Source of the DNA: Euprymna scolopes
Taxonomy: Eukaryota
DNA length: 64,000 bases
Assembly (NCBI GenBank): GCA_053919585.1
Contig: CM132790.1
Direction: 5' to 3' (one strand)
The translations under genes and the position numbers were made by a program. Shown piece after piece: positions 1 to 10,989 of the stretch (positions within the stretch are counted from its first letter, which is position 1; every line of letters starts with the position of its first letter). The notes below the pieces were generated by a model that was given only the letters and a program-made list of their open reading frames with translations, had not been told where the DNA came from and made no database searches.

Positions 1-1085
1 TAGATTGACAAAAATCGGAGGCCTGCAATATAAATGCTGGAGTCCCTCAGGGGTCAATCCTGGGCCCAACTCTCTTCCTGATCTACATCAATGACCTCCC
101 TAAACACATACTTAAATCATTCGTTGACATCTATGCTGATGACACGACCATCTACGGCAACACATCAAAGGCTGTAAATGACAAAGTTCTCTCGGATTCT
201 CTCTCCTCTGATCTTGAGCGCGTGGTTCAGAGGGGGAAGATGTGGCTGGTTACCTTTAATGCATCCAAAACCAAACTCCTATCCTTACATCATCAACGCT
301 CTGATCCCCAGCTGGCATCAATTGTGATGGATGGCTCTCGTCTGGGTGAGGCCCCGTGTTTTGACAAGCTTCTGGGTTTGACCTTTACTCCTGATCTGAA
401 ATGGAACACGTACATCAAGTCTGTTGCCAAGGTCGCTGGAAAGATGGTGGGATCCTTCTACCGCTCCAGAAGATATCTCACTACTGATGCAATTCTCTAT
501 CTATATAAAAGCCAAGTATGTCCAAGGATGGAATACTGTTGCCATATCTGGGCAGGAGCTGCCAAAAACAGCCTATCATGCCTTGACAGAGTACAAAATA
601 GACTTTGTGGTTTAGTGGGGGATGCTCTTTTCTCTACCCTGCAACCTCTCTCCCACAGAAGAGACGTTGCGAGCCTATCCTTGTTTGATCATTATTTTCA
701 TGGCAGGTGCTCGTCTGAACTCCAATCTCTGGTCCCCCCTCGCCAATCTTTCACAAAAAACACCCGTCTAGCTGAATCCACTGTGAAAAATTTCCCCCAC
801 TCTATATCTGTGCCTAAATCAAAACACGGATTCCATGAACAAAGCTTCTTTCTTAGAACTGCACGCCAGTGGAACTCTGTTCCGTCTGCCTGCTTCCCTC
901 CGGACTACAACTTGGATGTCTTCAAGTCCAATGTTAACAAATTCCTAATGAACCGCCCCCCCCTAATTAAACACTTCATCAAATCTCCACACTAACGTAA
1001 TGTACTTGCAATAACCCTTATCCCTGAGTGGTTTCCGGGCCTTGATAAGTGGTGATCACTGTAAAAAAAAAAAAAAAAAAAAAAA
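1..1085 (+). mobile_element. CR1-group (Zenon-like) LINE 3' part: RT C-terminus, 3' UTR and poly(A); inserted into hAT copy 1
   Basis: Frame 3 reads GVPQGSILGPTLFLIYINDLP...IYADDTT (YADD at 132-143) and continues into the track ORF 222-995 (YKSQVCPRMEYCCHIWAGA, LSHRRDVASLS). In-frame TGA at 6-8. Poly(A) at 1063-1085. Confidence 0.95.
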
Positions 1086-3097
1086 TCCGCTAAAAAAGAC
1101 AAAAAGAAAAAAATATAAAGGGATGGGGCGGTAAATTGTACCAACCGGTAGTTAACAAAAAAAACTTATAGAATTTAATTTTTGAAACCAATGTATAAAA
1201 GTTTACATAATGAAATGCAAATATGCATTTTCTTTTGAATTTTGTTTTTTTTGGTTGACTGTGTTCAATTCACACATGGTTGATGCGGTTCAATATTGCT
1301 AAACTATAAGTCTTAAGTAAAATTCTATTCATAAATACTTTTTAAAATGAAATTATTTAATTAATCGTAAATATTATTTAGACATAAAAATTAATTGATT
1401 ACAAAACCTTTTAAAAATATATATATTAATTTCTTTTTCGTTCGGCAAAAAACTGCGCAAAACACTTTTAATTTTCAATTTAAAATTCTAGAAAAAAGAT
1501 TATATTATTCTGCTTTTAATATAATCAAATTCAGGGTTTTATCTTTCTGAAGAAAAAAATTTAAAAAATGGATTTTATTTCAATGAAATTAAAAAAAAAA
1601 CTTGACTGAAGTGAATTAATTACCCTTGAATTAACGAAGGGGTTATTTAATAACTTTAGGTTTGAAAGAGATAGGTATGGGGTCGATTTTTTGGAAACAT
1701 CAAAAGAAGCCGACAACTGTCAAAACTTTGCGAAATAATACAACGTGATCAATTTCATTTTAGAGATATTTCTTTCAAAAGCCTTCTTTTAGAAAAAGAA
1801 AGAAAAGTACATTGTTCTATTAAACCTTTTACTGTTTAAATAATTTGACTTTGCTCGTTTTATTTTAAGAAAATATAAGTTGAAAAAGCATTTTCGTTCA
1901 GTATTAGAAGATTTGTCAGTAAAAAAAAACAATCGCCAAAAAGATAAGCGGTTTTTTATTTTTACTCGCAATGTAGAGCCCTGGTCAATGTGAAATTTTA
2001 TGTTCTTTCCAATAAACCGAATATAATATTTTAGACAAACGTTTTTTTTTTTTTTATTCACGGTTCCCCCCCCCCCATCCCAATTGTTAAGTGTCTATTA
2101 CAAAGTAAATACTTAATTTCGACTCGGATAAGTACATAATTATTTACTCACAAATTGAAGAGAAAAGGTCAATACATAATATATTCAAATTTGAAAAAAA
2201 ACGGACATCGTGTTCTTGTAGAATTTTACCTGTAAAGTTTGAAGTTTAAAACCTTTTTTTAAACAACGTTATTTGTTTTTTCTTTTTTCTTTTTTTTTTT
2301 TTTAATGGAACCTTGGTCCTTGCTCCTTTAATTGAAAAAAAAATTAGGGCTTGAATTACATTTTTCGAGGAGTTATAAGCTTGGAAAGACAGGGGGTCGA
2401 ATAATTCACGCCTCCAATTTTGTAAATGTCTAATAATAATTAATTTCGACTCGGATAAGTACATAATTATTTACTCACAAATTGAAGAGAAAAGGTCAAT
2501 ACATAATATATTCAAATTTAAAAAAAAACGGACATCGTGTTCTCGTCGAATTTTACCTGTAAAGTCCGAAGTTTAAAACCTTTTTAAAAAAAAAACACGT
2601 TTTTTTTTTTTTTTTTTTTTTTTTTAATGAAATCTTGGTCCTTGCTCCTTTAATTGAAAAAAAAAATTAGGGCTTGAATTGCATTTTTCGAGGAGTTATA
2701 AGCTTGGAAAGATGGGGTGGAATTATTCGCTATTTTCACAAAAAATTCTGATACTGCTAGCCCTGCGCCCCTGCATACTTCTTTTCAAGTTAACTCTTTT
2801 GTAGTTTTGATTACAATAGATCTGAATGAATGAACCTTGTAAGGGAGGGGCACTAAGCATTGCCCTGTTAATAATGAATTTCTTTGGTTTCTTTTTATGA
2901 CATGCTACATTTCTCTCTTGCGGTTAGAAATATCAGGAAATTTTTTTCTTTTTTTCAACATCAGACTAAAAGAATCGTAATGAAGGAATCGGAAAATTAA
3001 GATATTTTTTAACGATGCGATTCCGATTCCGATACCTCCCAAAATACACGATTCTTACGATTAACGATTCCGATTCCGATTAATCGTCCCACCACTA
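1086..3097 (-). mobile_element. hAT DNA transposon copy 1 (5' part, non-autonomous); truncated in the window by the LINE insertion
   Basis: Near-identical reverse complement of 10990-12212. Terminal repeat AATCGTCCCACCACTA ends at 3097, followed by GTTATTAC. Subterminal GATTCC repeats present. Confidence 0.9.
2113..2730. repeat. ~328-bp tandem duplication (2 copies) inside hAT copy 1
   Basis: TAATTTCGACTCGGATAAGTACATAATTATTTACTCACAAATTG... starts at both 2113 and 2441. Confidence 0.9.
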
Positions 3098-3122
3098 GTT
3101 ATTACTATATATATTTTCTTTA

Positions 3123-3850
3123 ACTAGCAGGACCCATTAAATGGCATTGCCTGGTGGAAGCCTGGCCCACCCCTTGCAAAAAAGTAAACAACGGTTGTTG
3201 TTGGTGACCACTGGCGGCCATGGCCGAAATGAAATAATCTTAATTCCCCTGGAGATTAGTGATGGTTTGGGGCGATAACATGCATGGAAATTAAAAACAG
3301 AAGTTTTAGAAGTTAGGGATTCTCACTGTATATGAACTGTTGAGAGTGATCGAAATCAGAGTAGCAGTCGTAGCTCTTTCCGTTTGTTATTCAAGTCTAC
3401 CTCTTCTTTTCAACTCTTCCACTAAATAAAGTAAATTCCAGTCTTTTCTTAACGGGCAAAACAAAACAATCACGACTGTTTTCACTTCACTTATTTGAGC
3501 ATTGTCATGTTAAGAATGGCGTTTGGAATATACAACAGCTTTCGGAATAGACACAACCAACCTCCTCATGTAAAGGACGGTGTTCAGAATAGACACCCCA
3601 ACATCCCCATGTAAAAAACAGCTTTTGAAGTAGACAACCCCGTTTTTATTGGGGTGGGGGTGGGGGAATGTGGCAAAATAATTCCCTCAAATTTAACCGT
3701 GGTAATCATTGTCAGCATACCCACCCGCAAATGCTAAAAATCAAAGAATTGTGGGGTGGCAGTGTCAGTAGGAGAGAAGTAGATTTGTTTATCGCGCGTG
3801 GGTACAAACTTGGCAGCCAGTGAATAATACAGGTATTTATATCTGTATAA
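3123..3850 (-). mobile_element. Probable non-autonomous Helitron-like element with internal ~43-bp degenerate tandem repeats
   Basis: A-CTAG terminus at 3123 next to a GACCC...GGCATTGCCTGG remnant hairpin. Repeats of CATGT.AAG.A.GG..TT.GAATAGACA at 3506-3640. The 5' boundary is approximate. Confidence 0.4.
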
Positions 3851-5129
3851 GTACTGGTCTCTGCAAAATTAGAATGAGATTTTCTTAATCAGCATAGTTG
3901 AAAACCTATCCAAGTAGTCATTCTAAAGAAAATTGTGGAGGTGGACCTAATGTACAAATTTATCCCCCACAAAAAAAATCTTAACATGTATGCCATGTTA
4001 AGAATCAGTCCAGAAAAGAAATTTAAATGAAATATTTTACTGAATACAATTCCCTATGTAATGAAATTTATGTTAAAAATGTAGCGCAGGTAATCGGTGT
4101 AAAAAAAATTGGTAATTGTGAATAAAACCAGACCCTAACTTTCAAACATGCTTACAGGTCTGTCAGTTTAGGTAGGGAGGGAAAAAATGGAAAATTTCTA
4201 AACAGTTTGACAAAATATATAAGATAATAACTTAAAAAAACAGTTATTTGGAAAGATATGTGATAAAAATCATAGAAAAAGAATTGTTAAAAACTTTTTA
4301 TATATTTTTTATTATAGAGGGGAACATAGTTAAGTATAAAAATAGTTTAACGGTTTTAAAATGAGAAGAATATATACAGTGAGATACAAACCGAGCGAGA
4401 GAGAGAGCGAAGAATTTAATGTTTTTTCTTTGAGACGAGCAAGAGAAAGTTGGGATGAATATATACAGCAAGAAAATCTGTAGAGTAAAACACATAAGTA
4501 TGTTGAATACTCATAGAGAAAAAGTAGGTATTATTGCGATGCCATGTTTAAATCGTGCATTAGCATTCGTTTAGGATGCTAATACTGTTACTCCTATAAT
4601 AGGAATGGCCAGAGCTCATCCAATTAGATTAGTCGGGGGAGACTTTATTATTTTTGTAATGGAAAAGGGAAAAATTTTGTTCTGTCAATGTGTTTACGAT
4701 CCAATTACGAAGGATGAAACTCCATATCTGTCCAAAGTGCAGAATATTTCTCGATGACTGGGAGCGGTAGGAGGACTTGTTATTTAGAGGGAAAACTAGG
4801 AACTACTTTCTCTAAAGATGGTTGTGATGGTGATGATGTTGCTTCTAGGATGGAATGTAGGATTTTATTATAATGACTTTTATGGTAAATGAAACGTAAT
4901 CACAATGAAAGCAATAAGTCAGCTGTCTAAAATGTCATTCTAAAGTTACATAAGGTAGTGGCTAATAGTCTTTACATAATAAATTTGTATATGGCATCTG
5001 TTGTTCCAAACCTATGGTACTTTGGTCCAGAGAGGAATTTCTGCAATCAAAATATTATATAGGAGATTAACGGTTCCCATATTGTTTTAAATTTTCTACT
5101 TGGTTTACTTAGTAATTTGTTGTCTCCCA

Positions 5130-5330
5130 GCATATGTGTTGTTTCTTTCAGTTGGCTTACTCTTCACCGTTCTTCTGTCTATAATTTTTACTTTGTCCCA
5201 TAATGGTAGCTGGTTTCTCTTTTCCCTTTAAATACACGATCTTTCAATCTCCCCATGTATTAGAGCTTTTCAATGTCCTTCAAACCATACTTTTTGTGGA
5301 TGACATGTCTCTCCTTTGTATAGTTTTCCA
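5130..5330 (-). mobile_element. Decayed RTE-like LINE fragment
   Basis: Minus-strand pieces (KYGLKD, ALIHGEIER, KGKEKP) resemble the RTE C-terminal region; heavily degraded. Confidence 0.3.
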
Positions 5331-5989
5331 CATTCACATGGAATCTCATATACACAGTTCTTAGTCATGAGGCTTGACTCTCACAAGTTGTTTCTAGAGA
5401 GTTGAATCACTCCTGAATACTGTCCTGATGTCATATGAATTACATATTCATTGAAGTTTTTTAGACAAACTCTTCATGTATCATGTATGTTCAGAAACCT
5501 ACTATAGTCTGTATATGAAAGGGTTGTCTGAAAAACCTAAACGAATGTATAATCCATATGACATAAGGACATTGATATTAAAAGCTAGCTTTTCCTGTTT
5601 AAAAACTTCAAACAAACTTTTTAATATATTCAGTCATGGATATACAAGCAACTATAAGAAGGTTAATTTGCATGTTCATTTGAAAAACAAGCATAAATTA
5701 ATTACTTATTTTTTATGGTTTCTTATTAGATTATTTGTTCTATTTTATTATGAGGATGAATTTATTTTATGCTTAGTTCTTACATTCTGTATAAAGCGGA
5801 GAATTTAAGATGAACATTTAAGCACGCAGACATTTTGTATCTATACTCCTAGAATTTTCTTTTTTGTGTGTGTATTTATATTCATATTAAAAATCTTTTT
5901 TTTTATTTACTTAAAAGAAATTCTTATGTTATATAAGGGTATAGTCAATACTTAAGTAGAGCTTAATAGTAGTATGAAAATATACTCAA

Positions 5990-6591
5990 CTAGCAGGTTG
6001 CCTGGAGGTAAAATACGCTTAAATATGATATTTTAATTTATACAGATTTCATATTTATTATTAAAGAGCCGATTCGGTATTGATTATTATATTGTAACCA
6101 ATATATAGTAGTGATTTCAAAAGTTAAAAAAAATAAAAATATGACTTTGGTGCTATCAGCTGGAATCGAAATAAAAACATAGCTCTCCAGTATTATTTGT
6201 TACCATCTGAGCAAAGTCCATATGCATAAAACTTATTTAGAAAAAAAAGTTGTTAAAGGAATAAATGTATATTTGTGCATGCATAGAAGTAAAACGTTTA
6301 GTTGACTTATGCTTTCCAAGTTCCAAATCTTCTATATATCAAGTTTCAAGTTTGTAGACTAAAAATTGAAAGTAGTTTGGTAGAGACAGTTTTGCACATA
6401 GGCAAACGAGGTCACATTATATAAGGTACACAGAAACATTTATGATGCCTACTGATGATGTAATACTCATTCCAGATTTCCTCAAATTTACGTTGGCCAA
6501 ATAGTAAACATATTTTTATTGCAAAAATAATTTTATAAATTTTTTGAATTATGATATAATACCCTCAAATAAAATAAATAATATATATAGA
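5990..6591 (-). mobile_element. Non-autonomous Helitron (family shared with 16284-16864 and 37075-37230)
   Basis: Minus strand starts TCTATATATA and ends ...CCTGCTAG|T. Alignable by eye to 16284-16864 in inverted orientation. Confidence 0.6.
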
Positions 6592-7386
6592 TATATCCTG
6601 ATGTGTTGCATTTGGTCAGATTTTCTATTGCAGATCTATGATCAAATGGATCTGTTATTGCACTGTAGTCAATAAAGGGCTAGATGGGAGCCCAGCCTTC
6701 ACACACAAACATGCCAAAAAATAAGAGGGTTACAGAATTAGAATCTGAAAATGTATTCTCTTATAAAATTTACAGGGAAAAACAATGGAAGTTTAGAGAT
6801 CTAAATGCACATCTAATGGGATTATAAAGTATAATTTCTTTAAAACTTCAAATACAGTTTATTTTTATGAAATTTAAATTATATGTATATGATTTTCTGA
6901 GGGAGAAAATGGAAATGGTCCCAAAATTCAATATTATCACTTCTAAGTGACCCAATCGGACAGAATCCTTTTAATTTTAATGTTATTCACACCATATGAA
7001 TAAGACACTAATGCAGAGAGTTTTACAACATTTAAGCTTCTTCCAACTATATTAGGGAAAAGAACAGGAGTGAATGCAAAGCATGTTATGATCGCAGTAA
7101 AAAAGTACATAGTCGTAATCCTTATTCAATCCCAAGCAATGCTGGATCTTCTTGTGAGTTTTCTATAAAATACAACAGTTTCTTTATGAAAAAAGAAAAT
7201 ATCACATAATATTTTATAATTGAAGATTTCTACAATTAAACACTGCAGTGTGAAGTCAGTATGAATGAGCATTGAGTGATGCACTTATAAGCAGTTTTAA
7301 ACATGGCAATAGAAAAGGTTTCATTGAACCAAAGAACAGATTGATGTGGATTTCTCAAAGAGTCTTTTCTTTTTTCTTTTTTTAAG

Positions 7387-7431
7387 AGATTAAGGGAGAG
7401 GGGGAAGAGGCAGACTCAGGAGAAACAGTGG
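7387..7431 (+). CDS. Candidate 45-nt coding microexon, phase 1-1 (IKGEGEEADSGETV)
   Basis: Long poly-T tract plus AAG acceptor; G|GTCAGT donor; length divisible by 3; purine-rich; joins in frame to 8708-8842. Confidence 0.4.
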
Positions 7432-8004
7432 GTCAGTGTGTGACGAATGTAAACCACAAACAACAAGATGGAAAGCAATCACACTTTGTAGACAGACGAG
7501 AGGGGGACATGAGTGTATGATGATGGTGATGCAGAAGAGACAATACACAATGTCCTTTAAATATTCAATATAAAATATATATTCAGATGAGATGATTTTT
7601 GTAACACATGTATAGGTGATCTAATTCATCAATATTTTTTGCATTGACAAACATTGCTGCATATAAATATTTAATTGCATAATATTTTAGTAGAGATAAA
7701 CTTAAAAACAAAAATCAGCAGTATTGCATGTGATGTAAATGGAAAATATGAATTGAATTTGGGAAGGTCAAAGTGACATATGTACTCGCTTCTTTGAGAA
7801 GAGAATAAGAAAACCTCATAGACCTAGATTTCAAATGTTAGCAACGCAACATTTTATAACTTTAGTGCATTTTACAAAATAGCATAAAGGTTTATTGACA
7901 ACTCCAAGGATCACAGAGCAAAACTAATAGATAAATGTTAATTTTTTTTTTTTTTTAATCAAAATAAATATCCGTACCTTTTTTTATCAAGATTCTTGAT
8001 ATGA

Positions 8005-8175
8005 CCTTAAAGTGTATCTGATGATGGGGTCTCAATTTAGAAGTTTTGGAGAGTATGTAATTCCATTTTGGTTACACTTACTACCAAATTCACTCTAGTG
8101 TGAAGTGGTAGTACGTGTAAGTGTCCCAACTGTGAGTTAAATAAAATTTGCTATGGGTATGACACTAAACTGCCT
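8005..8175 (+). mobile_element. Degenerate interspersed repeat / SINE fragment
   Basis: ATCTGATGATGGGG...CACTCT...GTGGTAGTAC...GTCCCA..TG.GT.AAATA motif followed by a restart of the unit (TATGACACTAAACTGC). Recognised by eye only. Confidence 0.35.
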
Positions 8176-8707
8176 TGGAGGTACTCGGGCAAGGTATTTG
8201 CCGCTATCACATCCCACGAAATACATCTTTCATAATCCTTTCTACCATATTTTCCAACCCTATCAATTACTTAAGCACAATAATAGAAAAATAATCTTTT
8301 TTTTTTAAATTTGAACCTTATTTCCAATTTTAAATCCATAAATGTATTTTTTAAAATTGTCATTAAAAAGCAAATGCTTGATTTATTGACCTCCATGAAA
8401 TAAGGTCTAATACGTGCAAAGAAAAAAAAACAAAAAAATGAAATAATTACTAACAGTTTTAATCAAAGAAGGATTAGAGAATAAGCCAACGGCCGAACAA
8501 TGTAAACAGAAGTCTTCCAGGAAAACTGGCTGCTTCTTTTATTATCTGAAAGTGTGGGGGTGCAGCAGAGCAGCAAACTAATAGAAGGTCTACCTTCTCT
8601 TCTAGCGACTATTGAATGATTACACTTTAAAGGGTCAACATTTCATTTCAAAAAGAAAAAAAAGGCTTGTAAGTTTTTCAGTTTTTGAATCCTTTCTATT
8701 GTTTCAG

Positions 8708-8842
8708 CAACTGCAGTCGTGGAAATAAGGAAACAGCAAAGACGGTGCCCCTCTCCCACCCTTCAACCCTATCTTCCCAGTAATTCAGCTGCAGCAAACC
8801 CCACCCAACGAGAGAGGAGAGGGAGGGTTACAACAATTAAGG
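8708..8842 (+). CDS. Candidate 135-nt coding exon, phase 1-1 (TAVVEIRKQQRRCPSPTLQPYLPSNSAAANPTQRERRGRVTTIK)
   Basis: Acceptor TCCTTTCTATTGTTTCAG|; consensus donor G|GTAAGT; GC-elevated unique sequence; only one of three frames open; length divisible by 3. Confidence 0.6.
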
Positions 8843-9880
8843 GTAAGTGAACAGTGCACTCAAGAGTCATTAGATAACCTGTCATTAACTAGAAAGAAAT
8901 GGAAACCTAACAATTCCTCCGAGAACAATAACATTAGTTAAAGAATATTTTGTAGGTCAATGGAGAGACAAAGGTTGAAGGAAGCTGAACTAGACTTAGA
9001 AGTATTGTAATGAAATAAAGAAAAAGGAAAATGACATCTACAGAAAAATTTAAATTTTAATGTTATCTTTACATTAATAAACTTATAAGACTATGTGCAT
9101 GGTTTACCTAACTTTGATAATTATACTAACGTTGGGACGATTTATCGGAATCGGGAATCAGAAAAACTGAAACTTTTAGGGATATCGGAAAAATTTGAAC
9201 CTTATTTCCAATTCTAAAAATTATTCTTTTTACTTTTTTTCCGAATAAAAAAAAATGAACAAACACAATGTATTTATTAGAAGATTGTTTACAAAACAAA
9301 ACTAAGAGCCACAGAACTGTAGGTTAAGCATTTTATTTTATTTATTTATTTTTTTTTTTTTGTAAATTATAATGAATGAGATAACTATTTCAAGTTCACT
9401 TAACGCTTATTCTCTTATCAAACCTTTTGAAATATTCAAATTAATTTTTGCACCTATTTGCTAAACCTCTATGTGACACCTCTCAGAGAGTTCACAGTTT
9501 AGCAACACTCAGAGAAGTTTTAGCCCATGATCTAATCACCACAAATAATTAATAATGCATTTTTTCCAGTTTGAAATTGTTTGAACTAAATGCTTTGAAA
9601 TTAATTGAATATATTTTTAATTTGTAGAGAATTTACAAATGTATGAATGCTAATCTCTAAAATAGATTTAAATCTAAGTTTCACTGAATTTAGATAAAAA
9701 TGGCACCGGTAATAATGGTGCAAGTAGATAAATAGGGAAAAATACAGATGAAAATCTTACAATGAGTTCATCAAAATTTTCGATACAATTCGTAAAATGG
9801 AAAACGTAAAAATTTATCAAACTAAAAAAGAATTTAGATCTACATTTAAAATACACCCCCTTCAGAAAAAAGACATTCTA

Positions 9881-9912
<32 letters not shown>

Positions 9913-9960
9913 GGTTGATTATGTGTGAACACACTGAAAAAGAGAATTATTTAAGAATTT

Positions 9961-10263
9961 AGAGTGGAGGGGTTAGTTTCAATTGTAAAGTGATATTCTC
10001 CTGAAGATTGACGGTTCGATCCTCAGTGTGGGTGATCAAAAAATATAATTGCAAATTACTTAGGACCTCTATCCAGTCCTGGCTGATGGAACAAGAGTAT
10101 GCTACCCCCGTGAAGTAAATAAAAGGTTCCTTTGAAATTCCATGCAGATTCCTAAGTTTGAGAAGATATACCTGAAAAAAGTTGGAGGTTATATCGACCA
10201 AGACATTATAAAAATGACATTCAAGATGAGAACAGTAGTTTGGAGAATCCAAATCATATGAAT
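9961..10263 (+). mobile_element. tRNA-headed SINE with Penelope-type tail (copy A), nested in the hAT element
   Basis: B box GGTTCGATCC at 10013-10022; degraded hammerhead-like motif near 10171; terminal AAGATGAGAACAGTAGT shared with the other copies. Confidence 0.7.
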
Positions 10264-10414
10264 GACCATTCCTCATCTAAAAAATTCAGAAACCTACTAC
10301 ATAGTAGCAATAAGCGAACACATTTTTATAATTAGGATAAAATTATGAACATTCTTTGATAAAGAGTAGAGAGAAGGCACAGAAGAGTTAACAAAACCAC
10401 TCAGCCACCTTCCT

Positions 10415-10471
10415 CATGTTAAGAATGGTTTTCTAAATAGTAACATTATTTAGAATACCATTCTTAACATG
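10415..10471. repeat. 25-bp-stem hairpin / foldback element
   Basis: CATGTTAAGAATGGTTTTCTAAATA, 7-nt loop, TATTTAGAATACCATTCTTAACATG (1 mismatch). Confidence 0.85.
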
Positions 10472-10989
10472 GGAAAGGGGCTTTTTTAACTCCTGTTCCT
10501 AGACCATATTCTAATTTTGCTTAACAATCATTGACTACTTTCAATTGTTTTTGAAAAAATTCAAATACCATTTTGTCAACTAAAAAACTATGACAAATCA
10601 GTTTAGTTTTAAAAGAAATAAATCTTTAGTTGCCCGACTATTTTCAATCAATTACAAGGCAAACATTTGAGAAAAATATTTAGAAAAAATCTTAAATTAA
10701 AAAAATTTTTTTTTTTAAAGCAACAAAAAAAAAGAAAATTTGGGAATCGTCCCATCACTAAATTATACATTTTTTTTTTTAATTATTTATTTATTGTTAA
10801 TAACCGATTATTTATTGAAATCAAAAATACCAAAGGAAATTTAACTAATCTTAATCAAAAATAATTAATTATTTGCAAACTGTTATCCTCATCTTCATAG
10901 TTGTTGTTTTAGCCAAATATTCCTCTGGCCTTTGTCAGATGATTGATGGGATAGGAATATTGAGTCTTAACTGTATCCTCAGTAATTAC

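Larger units (their letters stand above)
9127..10760 (+). mobile_element. Non-autonomous hAT element (older relative of the 10990-14276 family)
   Basis: Ends TAACGTTGGGACGATT ... AATCGTCCCATCACTA. Perfect 8-bp TSD AATTATAC at 9119-9126 and 10761-10768. Confidence 0.9.

Noticed and set aside
222-995. Functional reverse transcriptase gene
   Set aside because: In-frame stop at 6-8; only the C-terminal part of a LINE ORF2 is present. The other copies are also truncated or frameshifted.
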